Below are positions 27,778 through 39,860 of a stretch of 64,000 nucleotides of DNA, piece after piece. The first letter of the stretch is position 1. Every line of letters begins with the position of its first letter. This stretch comes from Octopus sinensis (taxonomy: Eukaryota): assembly GCF_006345805.1 (NCBI RefSeq), contig NC_043013.1, positions 15,872,001-15,936,000 on the forward strand. The letters are read 5' to 3'. Both the position numbers and the translations under genes were made by a program. A model generated the notes under the pieces. It was not told where the DNA came from. It saw only the letters and a list, made by a program, of their open reading frames with translations, and searched no databases.

Positions 27778-30430
27778 TGTTGTTGGCATCCTTTTCGTCT
27801 CGGGAGACAATGGAGTTGCGCACAAAATAATCTAGTCCGGCTTTTACTTTTCATGTCCTAATACATCTCCTGCTGTGGCTGTGTAGTCCTATCCGGGACA
27901 AACACTTCCTCTGGCAGGTGCCTCAAATGTAGCGAAGACTTTGCCTGGCTTGTTGTAATGTCATACTTTCTTGTTGACGTCTTTTCTTGTCTTTCCATTT
28001 CTCCTCTCTTTTACGGTACATTGCCAATCTCCACGGTTGCTGGCGACTGCTTCCCAGTTGGTAATATTGATGTTGCAGGCATTCATGTCCCTTTTGCAAA
28101 TCGTAAGAACGGTCTTCCCACAGACCTAGTGCCCCTAGCAAGCTCTCCGTTGAGTATGTCCTTGGGGATTCTGCCATCTTCTATACAGCTAACATGTCCA
28201 AGCCATCTCATACGTCTTTGTGTGAGGAGTGCAAACATGCTTGGTATTCCTGCTTGCTTGAGGACATCTTTGTTAGGGACATGATTTTGCCATTTGATGC
28301 GAAGGATTTTCCAGAGGCAGCGCAGGTGAAAGATATTTAGGCGATGCTCTGGGCATGTGTATGGCGTCCAAGTCTCACTTCCATACAGTAGAGTGCTAAG
28401 TATACATGCCTGGTAAATCTTCATTTTTGTGGTCTTGAACAGTTTATTGTTGTCCCAAGACCGTTTGGATAGTTGGGCCATCACAGCAGCTGCCTTGCCA
28501 ATGCGTATATTGAGCTCAGCATCAAGGGATAGGTTGTAGGTGACAGTAGAGCTAAGATAGGTAAACTTCTCCACCTCCTGTAATCTGTGGTCTCCAATAA
28601 GTATGTTTGGGATGTCCGATATCGCCTGACCCATGATGTTGGTCTTCTTGAGGCTGATAACTAAGCCAAAGTCACTACATGCTTGCTCAAAACAGTTGAT
28701 GAGCCTTTGTAGAGCTTCTTCTGTGTGTGATACCAGAGCGGCATCATTAGCAAATAGCATCTCCTTGATCAGGACGCTTCTGATTTTGGTCGTGACATGC
28801 AGACGCGTGAGATTGAACAGCTTCCCGTCACTTGTACTGTGCAGAAACGATCCATCATCTGATGTCTGAAAGGCATGTGACAGCAGCAGCGAGAAGATGC
28901 CAAATAATGCAGGAGCAAGGCCACAACCTTGCTTTACCCCGTTTCTTATTTGGAAGGCGGCTGATGTTGAACCATTGTGCTGTATGGTGCCTTGCATATC
29001 ATCATGGAAAGATTTGATGATCCTCAGCAGCTTTGGTGGACATCCGATTTTTGGGGGCAGGATGAAGAAGCCTTTTCTACTTACCAAGTCAAAGGCCTTT
29101 GTCAGATCAATGAAGGCCATATATAATGGCATTTTCTGTTCTCTGGACTTCTGAAGTTGGCGTATGAAGAATATCATGTCAATAGTTGATCTGCTTCTTC
29201 TAAAGCCACACTGCGATTCTGGATAAATTCAAGAAGCAAGCAGTTGTAGCCTGGACAGGATAACGTGAGCAAAGGCCTTTCCAACAGTGCTTAGAAGAGA
29301 TATTCCACGGTAATTGTTACAATCACCACGTTCACCTTTGTTTTTGTAAAGCATCCCGCTTTACTTTTGTTAGCATCCCGCATATCCTGAGGGACTGTAC
29401 CCTCTCCCCAGCACTGACACAAAAGCTCATGAAGGTGCCGAAGCAGGATAGTGTTTTTGCCGGTTTTGATGATATCTAAGGGGGTGACGTCTTTTCCCGG
29501 AGCCTTGTTACTTGCTAGGGAGTCAATAGCCTTTTTGTGCTCTGCTATAGATGTCAAGTTCACACATGACCAGCAAGATCTTGACACCCTCGAGTGCAGC
29601 CTCAGCTACCGTGGTCTCCCTTGAGTAGAGATCCTGGTAGAACTCCAACCATCTATCCATTTGATTGCTTTGGTCCTTGATGAGATCTCCAGGAGCTGAT
29701 TTCAGAGGGGCTGACTTGGTTGGGGATGGACCGAGGGCCTTTTTCAAACCAGCATACATCCCACGGGTGTCGCCACTGTCAGCAGCTGACTGAATACTAT
29801 GACAGATTTCCTGCCAATACCTATTTGCACAGCGTCTGGCAGTCAGTTGGGTTTTATTTCTTGCCTTTCTGAGTTCTTCGAGTGACTTTGTAGAAGAATT
29901 AATCTTGTATTGCATCAGAGCTGCATGCTTTGCTTCGATAACTGTTTCCAGCTCTGAGAGCCCAGCACTGAACCAATCTGGGTTTTGCCTTTCTCTCATG
30001 CCAAAAGTATCTATTGATGTGGTATACAAAGCTTCCCTGATATAATTTCAGCAGAGGAGGTTGGGCAGCTACTGAGGGCAACCTTGATAGTAACAGCAAA
30101 ACATTTTCGCAGTGTAGGGTCCGAGGTTCTGGCAGTGTTAATGCATGGTCGGCCCATTTTCTTGGAGTGATGGACTTTCTTAGGCAGAATCCTCACTCTG
30201 CTTCTTATTAGTGAATGATGTGTGTCACAATCCGCACTGTGGTAACTACGGGTCAGTTGAACAGAATTCAATGATGAGAACCAGCTGATGCCAGTGGTGA
30301 GATCTTGGATGTCTCCAAGATGCCTTGTGGGATGTCTTGTTGGCAAAGAATGTGTTGGTGATGCACGGGTTATGGTATGTGCAAAATTCAAGTAGTCTTT
30401 GACCATTGTCATTCATGTTGCCAATATCAA
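27778..30430 (-). mobile_element. RTE-clade LINE, 5'-truncated, frameshifted (APE endonuclease plus RT)
   Basis: GNMNDNGQRLLEFC...ITNTFF...SWRHPRSHHWHQL (endonuclease). AFIDLTKAFDLVSR, NGVKQGCGLAPALF and LFANDAAL (YADD motif mutated), and LLYGSETW...RWLGHV in ORF 28083-29177. Short CAA/TA tail. Confidence 0.93.
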
Positions 30431-30530
30431 AACACATACACTTACATATATACATACATATATATACGATTGATTTGTTTCAGTTCCTGTCTACGAAATC
30501 CATATATATATATATATATATATATGTATA

Positions 30531-30564
<34 letters not shown>

Positions 30565-31209
30565 TGCGTGCACACACGCGTGCACACACGCGTGCACACA
30601 CGCATGCACACACGCGTGCACACACACAACACAAAGATAAATGATAGATACAACTGAGTGGGCAAGCCAAAATATGGAGACACTGTGTAGTGCTTTTTAT
30701 ATTTTGATAAGCCTGGTACTTATTCTATCAGTTTCTTCTTGTGAAACCAGTAAGTTATGGGATGTAAATAAATGAACACCAGTTGTGAAGCAGTGATGAA
30801 GAGAAACACAAAGAACACACATAGACTTACATATGTACATACATATACACACAACTGATTTCTTTCAGTTTCTGTCTACAAAATCCACTGACAAGGCTTT
30901 GGTGGTCTGAGGCTATAGCAGAAAGACATGCCAAGTTACCACACAGTGGGACTGAACTGAGAACTATGTGTTTTGGACCAAGTTTGTTACCACACAGCCA
31001 AACCTGCACCTATGTATGTGTGTGTGTGGGGGGGGGGGGGGGAGTGTGTGTATGGGTGTATATATATATATATATGCATGTATATATGTGTGTATATATA
31101 TGGGTATATATTATATGTACATCTATATATATATACGTTTAAATATTTGTTGTGCAAGATTTTTTATGTGAAATCATGTGTTGAAACAGATATTGTTATA
31201 TTTCAGAAT

Positions 31210-31262
31210 AAATAAAAACATCTCTCTATTGTATGTATATGGATGTATATATATATATATGG

Positions 31263-31301
<39 letters not shown>

Positions 31302-31303
31302 AA

Positions 31304-31356
<53 letters not shown>

Positions 31357-31416
31357 CATATATATACATGTATATATATACATCCATATACATACAATAG
31401 AGAGATGTTTTTATTT
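31210..31416. repeat. Near-perfect palindrome with (AT)n core
   Basis: AAATAAAAACATCTCTCTATTGTATGTATATGGATG at 31210 is the exact reverse complement of the stretch ending at 31416. Confidence 0.9.
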
Positions 31417-31812
31417 CACTTTTAACACGTAATACTGAAATAGTGGAGAAGATATGATATTGCTGTGGGCCCGCCCTAGGCTAGAAGTTAAACATTTTTT
31501 TGCCCATGACACTAAATGGACCCTAAGTAAGGCATGTGTTATTTGATGAAATTGGTTGTGTAGTTCTCAAGTTTTAGGGATTCACACAGACAGACAGACA
31601 CACATTCTCAGTTTTATATATATAGATATACAAGGAAGGGATTAGCATTAGCTAAAGACTTGGAGGAAGCAATGGAATCTGGCTCTGCAGCTCAGGTGAC
31701 GGCCAAGAGACTGGCATTAAACCAGCATCTCGAAGCCCAAGAATAAGAGGTCTTTGACTGCTATTTCTAAATTTTCAGTATGTGGCTAAGCAACTTGTTG
31801 CTTAACCCTATT

Positions 31813-31843
<31 letters not shown>

Positions 31844-32108
31844 TTAAACATCTATTTAATAAACATTACACATGTAGAATTACCTTTCTATTTGAACAAA
31901 CCTGTTTACCCCTGTTGCTACAGCTACTGCTAATGTATGTGTGTGTGTGTGTATACATAAAAGTATATATATATATGTTAATCAGCAGAAGTTGCAGAGT
32001 GACTCAAATGTTGAGGGTTTTGTGCACTGGCCTTCAAACTGCAAACTGTCTGATAAGTGTCAATGCATAAAATTCTTGGCTGTTGAATCACTCTGTAACC
32101 TCTATGAA

Positions 32109-32147
<39 letters not shown>

Positions 32148-32377
32148 AAGTACTGGAAAGTTCCTGGCTTTAAAGGTATCACAAAAGGCCTGGCTGGAGG
32201 CCCAACCATCTGAGTTCTTTTACAGGGCTTAGGAAAACTGAAGGACTACTGCAATAAGTGTGTGAATCTGAGAGGGGAATATGTTCAATGAAGTCATAAT
32301 CAATTGATCTTCTTGTATTTCTTTTACCCAAAGCCAGGAACTTTCAGCACCCCCTTGTATGTGTGGTGTGTGGTATA

Positions 32378-32462
<85 letters not shown>

Positions 32463-32544
32463 GTATATGTATATATATTATATATGTCAAACCATGCTAG
32501 CATGGAAAAACGGACGCTAAACGATGATGATGATGATGATGATG

Positions 32545-32576
<32 letters not shown>

Positions 32577-33027
32577 TACATTATCATCATCTTCAGTAGC
32601 AGCAGCAGCACCAGGAGTATACAGGTTTGTTCAAATATAAAGGTCATTTAAGCAAAGTTGAATACTCTTGTCTTGCAAAAGACTGACTGAGGAAGGTCTA
32701 GCTGCAGGAGTACATAGATTCGTTAAATCTGGAAGTCATCAAGTCAGAACCCGTCCAGTCTTCTCCTATTACATGCGGCCCATTCCACTGAATAAAACCA
32801 CACCCTCTGAAGACACAGAGGACTTCTATCTTGTGCACGTTCTGTACTGCTTGTACAAGATAATGTGTGGTGGTAGTAGTGGTGGTGGGGTGTGCGGGTG
32901 TGGGTGGTGGGGTGTCCCGACAGCATTGGACCAGTATGTGAGTTATCTGACACAGTAATGGCAGCAATGATGGTATTGGTGATGGTGGTGTTATTGTTGA
33001 TGGTGTTGGTGTTGGTGCTGTTGTTGC

Positions 33028-33058
<31 letters not shown>

Positions 33059-33757
33059 GGAGGTGGTGAAAGTTGGATGATGATGTTTGCAACGACTGTT
33101 GTTTTGATGTTGCATTTGGTGGTGATTGTGATGAAGGTTATAAGGATGGTGCAGAGGGGGGTGGTTGTAGTTGTTGTCATAGTAACAGTCTTTGTAATGT
33201 TGATACTGGTGGTAGTGATAGTTGTGGTAGTGATGGTTGTGGTAGTGATGGTTATGATGGTGATGGTTATGGTGGCAAAGGTTGTGTGATGGTAATGGTT
33301 GTGGTGCTTGTGGTAATGATAGTGGTTGAGGTGTTTGTGATTATGGTAGAGGTAATGGTGGTGGATCTATTAGTGATAATGGCGATAATGATGATTATAG
33401 TAGTAGCACAGTTTCAGTGTTATGGTGGTAGTGGTGGTAGATGTGATGATTGTCATAGTGCTGGACTTTGTGATAATAGTAGTAATTGTAAGGGTAACTG
33501 TAGCAGCAGTTGTGTGGTGACCGGACGTTGTGAGTGTGTATTGAGCGAAAACACCTAAAGCTCCACAAGGCTCCAGCAGGTGGTGGTGGTGATCCCTGCT
33601 GTACTCTTTGGCCACAACATTCTCTCACTCTTACTTCTGTTGGCCTGCTTGCTTAGCCAGCGGGGTGGCATCATTTGAAGGTTAAAACAATGCGAAGTGC
33701 ATTGTGACCAACAATGTGTAGCAACATCTGATAGTTTGGTCGGTCATGGTGATCACG

Positions 33758-33801
<44 letters not shown>

Positions 33802-33959
33802 ATATATATTATATATATATATATTGCTTTTATCAAATCATCTATCCTGCAAGAAATAACAATAAAATCTTCCACAGATCATACCAGAAAGACACAAAAT
33901 AAATGTAGTCCTAGATATACTAAGCCTGAAAAGAAAAGGACATTAAAGCATCAGTGCTA

Positions 33960-34260
33960 CATATAATAAATAGAAAACTCATCATAGAAGTTTGACACAT
34001 ATCATAACCATAAGACTTATTGTAGAAGCCCCCATTGTTACGTATTATAAAAAGAATACTCATCATATGCAAATAGCATAAACACAAAACTTATCATAGA
34101 CGCCTCATACAAATAGAAGATTAATCATAGAAGCCTAACTGGTACATATAACCAATTATACTATATATAAGACATATAAAGGTATCATTGCTACGTATCA
34201 TAAAGGGAAGACTTGTCATATCAGCGCCATTGATAACATATAAATAGAAGATATGATACT
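33960..34260. repeat. Degenerate minisatellite (AAGACTYATCATAGAAG-like units)
   Basis: Recurring ACTCATCATAGAAG / CTTATCATAGACG / TTAATCATAGAAG motifs, roughly 40-60 bp apart. Confidence 0.55.
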
Positions 34261-35168
34261 GGTTGTGAACAGACAGGAAAATTTATGGCCATCTTAGAGG
34301 AAGCCGAAACAAAAAAAGTAAAAAAAAAAGAAAAGAGGAAAATGAAACCATAACAACAACAGCAACAATAATAAAAACAACACTATCACTACCACCACCA
34401 CCACCACTGTCCCACCACCACCACCACCACTACCACTACCACCATTGTAACTACAGCTACCATCACTATCACCACTACTACTGCCTCCACCACCAACACC
34501 ACTGCCTCCATTGCCACCACTAACACAAGCATCACCTTCGCTGCTGCATCAACCACCACCACCACCACCACCATCACCACCACCACCACCACCACCACCA
34601 CCACTATATTTAAATTTTTCTCTTTCTATTGCATTAATTTTATTGGAAAAACATTTTTATATTTAAACTTTTTTTTGTTTCTTCTTTCGGTTATTATTAT
34701 TATTATTATTATTTTTTTATTTTTATAAAAAATACATTAGGCCAAAAAACATAAAAGTCAACAGTGAAATATATTTAAAGTTTTGACCATTGTTAAAGAT
34801 AGCACCACCAGTTCTATGTGGTTGTGGAACCACACAAGATAAATGGACACAATAAGAAGCAACCAGAGACTTTATATGTCTGTTTACATATTTATATATA
34901 TCTATATATATATATATCTATAAATATATATATATGTGTGTGTGAGTGTGTGTATACTATCACTTTTGTTGTTGATGGTATCATCATCATCATCATCAAC
35001 TCATCATCATCATCATCAACATCATCATCATCATCATCAACATCATCATCATCATCATCATCATCAACATCATCATCATCATCATCATCATCAACATCAT
35101 CATCATCATCATCAATATCATCATCACCATCATCATCATCATCATCATCACCCATCATCATCATCAAT

Positions 35169-35202
<34 letters not shown>

Positions 35203-36466
35203 ATATCATCATAATCATCATCATTACCATCAGCATCATCACCCATCATCATCATCATCATCATTAGCAGCAGCAGCAGCAGCACCACCACCACCACCAC
35301 CACCACCATTATCAATATTATGATTACCGTTATGGTGTCAGACAAAATGTCTTGCCTGTATATAATTTCCCTTATTTATGTTCTAAGTTCAAGCGCCGCT
35401 GAGGTTAACTTTATATCTTTCATCTTTCCAGGGTCGATGAAATGAAAGACCAGTCCAAGTACTGGAGCAAGGCTGGGGGGTGGGGTTGGGTGCAGAGGGG
35501 TGGGATGGGGGTCAACATCATAAATTGTAATCGCCCTCTCCCCACACAAAATATGAGAGCCTGTGTCCCCATTAGCATTCAGAATTGTTAATATTTAGGG
35601 AAGTCAACAAATAGAATCAGTAAAATATTGGGAAAATGCCTTGTGGTGTTTAGTCCTTTGATGTTCCATGTTCGTAGCATCTCTGTGGGGTTAAGAAGTT
35701 AACTTTGCAACTGAACAACTCTAATTGTATTGTCCTCATTGCCATCATCATCATCCTCCTCCTCATCATCATCATCTTCAGCATCATCATCATCATTATC
35801 ATCGTCATCATTATCATCATCGTTCATCATCATTCTCACAACCTGATCATGAGGCTGCTGATGATGATGATGTTGATCGTTATGTTGATCATTGTCGTCA
35901 TCTTGATCATCATCATCATTATCATTATAATCATCAGTGCTATCATCATGATAATGATGATAATTATTATCCCCATGATGGCGATCATTGTCATTCTCAT
36001 CATCTTCATCATCATCATCATCAATGACAACGATGGCGATGCCAACACCACTACCAATGCTGCCCCCACTCCTGCTACCATTGCCACTGCCAACAGAGAT
36101 GCTATGAACATGGAACATAAAAGGACTAAACACCACAAGGCATTTTACTGATTCTATTTGTTGACTTCCCTAAATATTAACAATATTGAGTGCTAATGGG
36201 GACACAGGGTCTCATATTGACGACGATGATGACAATGATAATGATGATGATGATGATGATGATGATGACGATGATGATGATGATGATGATATCAATGCTA
36301 ATACAATGAAGACATTCACCCTTATATCTTGACATGCTGTACGCAGCAGTCCTTTGCTTTTTAAGAGTTCTTTACATAATGATTTGATGATAGTCCCCAG
36401 TGTGTTACGTGTATGTAGTGTCTAAGCATACTACAACACCAAGGAATACTTTATTCAACATATATA

Positions 36467-36510
<44 letters not shown>

Positions 36511-36850
36511 TTGGTATTCTTTTATTTGTTTCAGTCATTTGACTGTGGCCATGCTGGAGCACTGCTTTTAGTCGAGCAAATCGACCCTAGGACTTATTCT
36601 TTGTAAGCCTAGTACTTATTCCATCAGTCTTGTTTACCGAACTGCTAAGTTATGGGGACATAAATGCACCAACATCGGTTGTCAAGCAATGGAGGGGGAC
36701 AATCACAAACACACAAACATATATATATATATATAAAAGTCACTAAAAGTCACTAAAATGTAAGCCTAAAGACTTAACAAACTTTTTCCTTTTTCTCTTG
36801 CCTTTTCCTTTTCCTTTCATTTCCCCTTTTCTCTTATTTATATTCCTCTA

Positions 36851-36935
36851 AATCATTCTGACGATGTTTATTAAATGGAATGAGATAAATGCAACTTTAC
36901 TTCGATTTGATAAATAGAAACAGCTATAAATGGTT
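36851..36935 (+). ncRNA. Minimal type I hammerhead ribozyme fold with long helix II
   Basis: AATCATT-CTGACGA-TGTTTATTAAAT...ATTTGATAAATA-GAAA-CAGCTA-TA|AATGGTT: 7-bp helix I, 12-bp helix II, helix III one transition from ACAGCTGT. Confidence 0.7.
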
Positions 36936-37041
36936 CTGAACTACAATTAAACTATGATGTTTTAATACCAATGATCAACTCCTCATTGTTTATTATTGTT
37001 CCATTTCTTTTCTTTTCTATATGTATATATATATACATAAT

Positions 37042-37084
<43 letters not shown>

Positions 37085-37090
<6 letters not shown>

Positions 37091-37295
37091 CGGAGATGTA
37101 CTTGCATAGCAAGTGATTTAATCTGAGATCGTGTGCTGAAATGAAAACAATTGCAGTGTGGAAGGTGTTTGTAAGCCATTTAAGAAACACACCAAAGCCG
37201 TTTGATTCACTTCAACATTTAAGTTTAATTTGTCAAAATATTTTCGTCGCTTTAAGACCGCGACCTGTTCACTGACAAAAATCCATGCTGCATCT
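37085..37295 (-). mobile_element. Short (TA)n-embedded repeat carrying a variant hammerhead, probably Penelope-derived
   Basis: Non-microsatellite block bounded by (TA)n on both sides, containing the 37229-37279 fold. Confidence 0.5.
37229..37279 (-). ncRNA. Type I hammerhead ribozyme fold with G3-C8 core variant (GUGAACA)
   Basis: TTTGTCA-GTGAACA-G-GTCGC-GGTCTTAAA-GCGAC-GAAA-ATAT-TT|TGACAAA: perfect 7-bp helix I, perfect 5-bp helix II, palindromic helix III AATATT and UUU site. Confidence 0.7.
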
Positions 37296-37508
37296 CATAT
37301 ATATATATAGGATATATATACATGCACATATAGGTACAGGACATCAAAAAACATTGAACACAATGAGAAACGAAAACATAAAAACAAAAACATAGAAACG
37401 AACTGTTTTTCAAACAATGAAAAAAACAGAGTACAAGACATACAACACAAGGAATATTCCCCTTCTTCAGTTGTCCCTGCTTCATCTACTCCGCATTTCG
37501 AAGGTAAG

Positions 37509-37567
<59 letters not shown>

Positions 37568-38018
37568 TTAACATATCTATGTAGTATATAGTAATTCTAT
37601 TGTATTTACAGTTGTCTATGTTAATGCGTGAGAAACAAGAGAATTGCTTTCTTCATTACAACAAACTGGTTATCTCTATTTCTAGATTTATGTATTCTAA
37701 TATTGGCACCATTTCTTTTATGCTTTTTTTACTCTCTTGGTGGTGGCAGTGGCAGTGGTGGTGGTTGCTGTTATTGTTGTTGTTGTTGTGGTTGTTGTTG
37801 TTGTTGTTGTTCTTCTTCTTCTTCTTCTTCTCCTCCTCCTCCTTCTCCACTACCACCACCACCACCACCTCCTCTCCTCCTCCTCCTCCTCCTCCTCCTC
37901 TTCCACTACCTCTTCTTCTTCTTCTTCTTCTCTTCTTCTTTTCGTTGTTGTTGTTATTATTATTATTATTATTATTATTGTTATTGTTATTGTTATTGTT
38001 ATTATTATTATTATTATT

Positions 38019-38696
38019 GAGTGAGAGAGCAGTTCATGCCATCAAAGTGACACTGGGGTAAAATATACGAAGCCCAATATACCCATCATGACTACCCGTC
38101 TGATAAAGGTACACCAGGCACATGCATCACAACCATATGTGCGCGACATGGTGATCTCATATCAAGATAAACAGCACATGACCTTGCAGGTGGGGCCCAG
38201 TTAGAATTTTCTTCAGGTTGAGTAGCCCATCCCGCTTAAACGGTCCCTGAATAAGGGTTGTTTAAGGATGTTGAAAGAACCACCCATGTTTCCAGAGGTG
38301 AACTATTCAAACCCCAAAGAATCCCTCTCAACACATGGCTATGATGCTCCCCCACTACTTCTGCTCGTGATCAGAGATGCACATATCGTCAGCCACTAAG
38401 GGACATGCTCAACTGGTTATGGTCAAACAACTGACAAGCAAATCTGTGGTATTGAGCAGAATATTTGCTGTAGCCCATCTTTTATACTAAGACAAAACAA
38501 TGTACATGATAACACTTCCAATCATTTAAGATCAGAAGCCATGAGAGCCAATGCCTGGTACTGCATCAGGGCATATTGAGCAGAATATTTGCTGTAGCCC
38601 ATCTTTTATACTAAGACAAAACAATGTACATGATAACACTTCCAATCAGTTAAGATCAGAAGCCATGAGAGCCAATGCCTGGTACTGCATCAGGGC

Positions 38697-38697
<1 letters not shown>
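38019..38697 (-). mobile_element. Non-autonomous element embedded in (TAA)n, with an internal 124-bp tandem duplication
   Basis: (TAT)n on both flanks. An inverted second copy lies at 61158-61659. 38450-38573 and 38574-38697 differ by one base. Confidence 0.8.
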
Positions 38698-38760
<63 letters not shown>

Positions 38761-39119
38761 ATCGTTGTTGTTGTTGTTGTTTTTTCATGTTGTTATTATT
38801 ACTGCTTCTTATCTCTGCAGTATTGAATTATCACTTTATGCTAATTCTTTTTTTTTTTTCTTAAAAAAGTGACTTATCTAAAAAATATACTTTTCACCTT
38901 CAGTGTACGTGTGTGTGTGTGTGTGTGTGTATTTTTTGAGTATAGGGAACAGCTTCTCTTTCAAACATTAAATTGCACACTCACTCACTCAAGCCCCACA
39001 CACACATGATTGTATGCCTGTACATATAAATGATGATGGTCTCTCTGTGCTGTTCTATCAGTAATCAACAAAATTCCATAAGATAAAAGCTTCTTCAGAC
39101 ACACAAACAAAAATAGGAA

Positions 39120-39860
39120 ACTAATTTGAAGACACCACCAACACCACCAACACCACCATCACAACTACTATCACCACTGCGACTATTATCGTCACCACCA
39201 ACATCACTACAGCCACCACCACTGCTATCATTGCTACCACCACCACCACAACAACAATCATCACCATACACACTGCCACCACCACCACCACCATCACTTT
39301 TGCCACCCTCACCACCACTACTATCATCGACATTATCACAATCATAAACACTACCACCATCACCACCACCACCACCACCACCACCACCACTACCATCACC
39401 ACCACTACCACTATCACCACCAATACTACTACCACCACCTCCAGCACTACCAGCACCAGCACAACCATCAATGCAACCACCATCACCAATACTGCTGCTG
39501 CTGCCACTACCACCGTCACCAGTACTGCCACTGTTCCCCAGCACTGCCACTGCCACCAGCACTGCCACCACCACCACTGCCGCAACCACCACCGCAACCA
39601 CCACCACCACCACTACCACCACCACCACCGCCACTACCACCGCCACTACCACCGCCACCACCACCGCCACCACCACCACCGCAACTACCACTACCACCAC
39701 CACCACCGCCGCCACTACCACCGCCACTACCACCACCACCACCGCCGCCACCGCCACCACCACCACCAGCACAATCACCACCACTACTATCATGACTCCA
39801 CTAACACTACTTTCACCACAAACCTTCACCATCACCACTCACTACTCTCAATCTCACCAC
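39120..39860. repeat. Long degenerate (ACC)n/(GCC)n microsatellite
   Basis: Direct reading; it explains the poly-V/T/G ORFs here. Confidence 0.95.

Larger units (their letters stand above)
26144..31626 (-). mobile_element. Non-autonomous Helitron-like element interrupted by SINEs and an RTE LINE
   Basis: Minus-strand 3' end: hairpin CGGGCAATGCCGGG then TATCTCTG-CTAG|T at 26144. Minus-strand 5' end A|TC at 31626, preceded on the plus strand by (ACAG)n. Pairing the two ends is inference. Confidence 0.55.

Noticed and set aside
30563-30625. 12-bp ACACACGCGTGC repeats (alternating purine-pyrimidine, Z-DNA prone)
   Set aside because: An ordinary derivative of a (CA)n microsatellite, with no sign of function.
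37455-37510. Permuted hammerhead-like motif CCTTCGAAA...CTGAAGAAGG (minus strand)
   Set aside because: Helices I and III cannot be paired convincingly, and no NUH site is in register.
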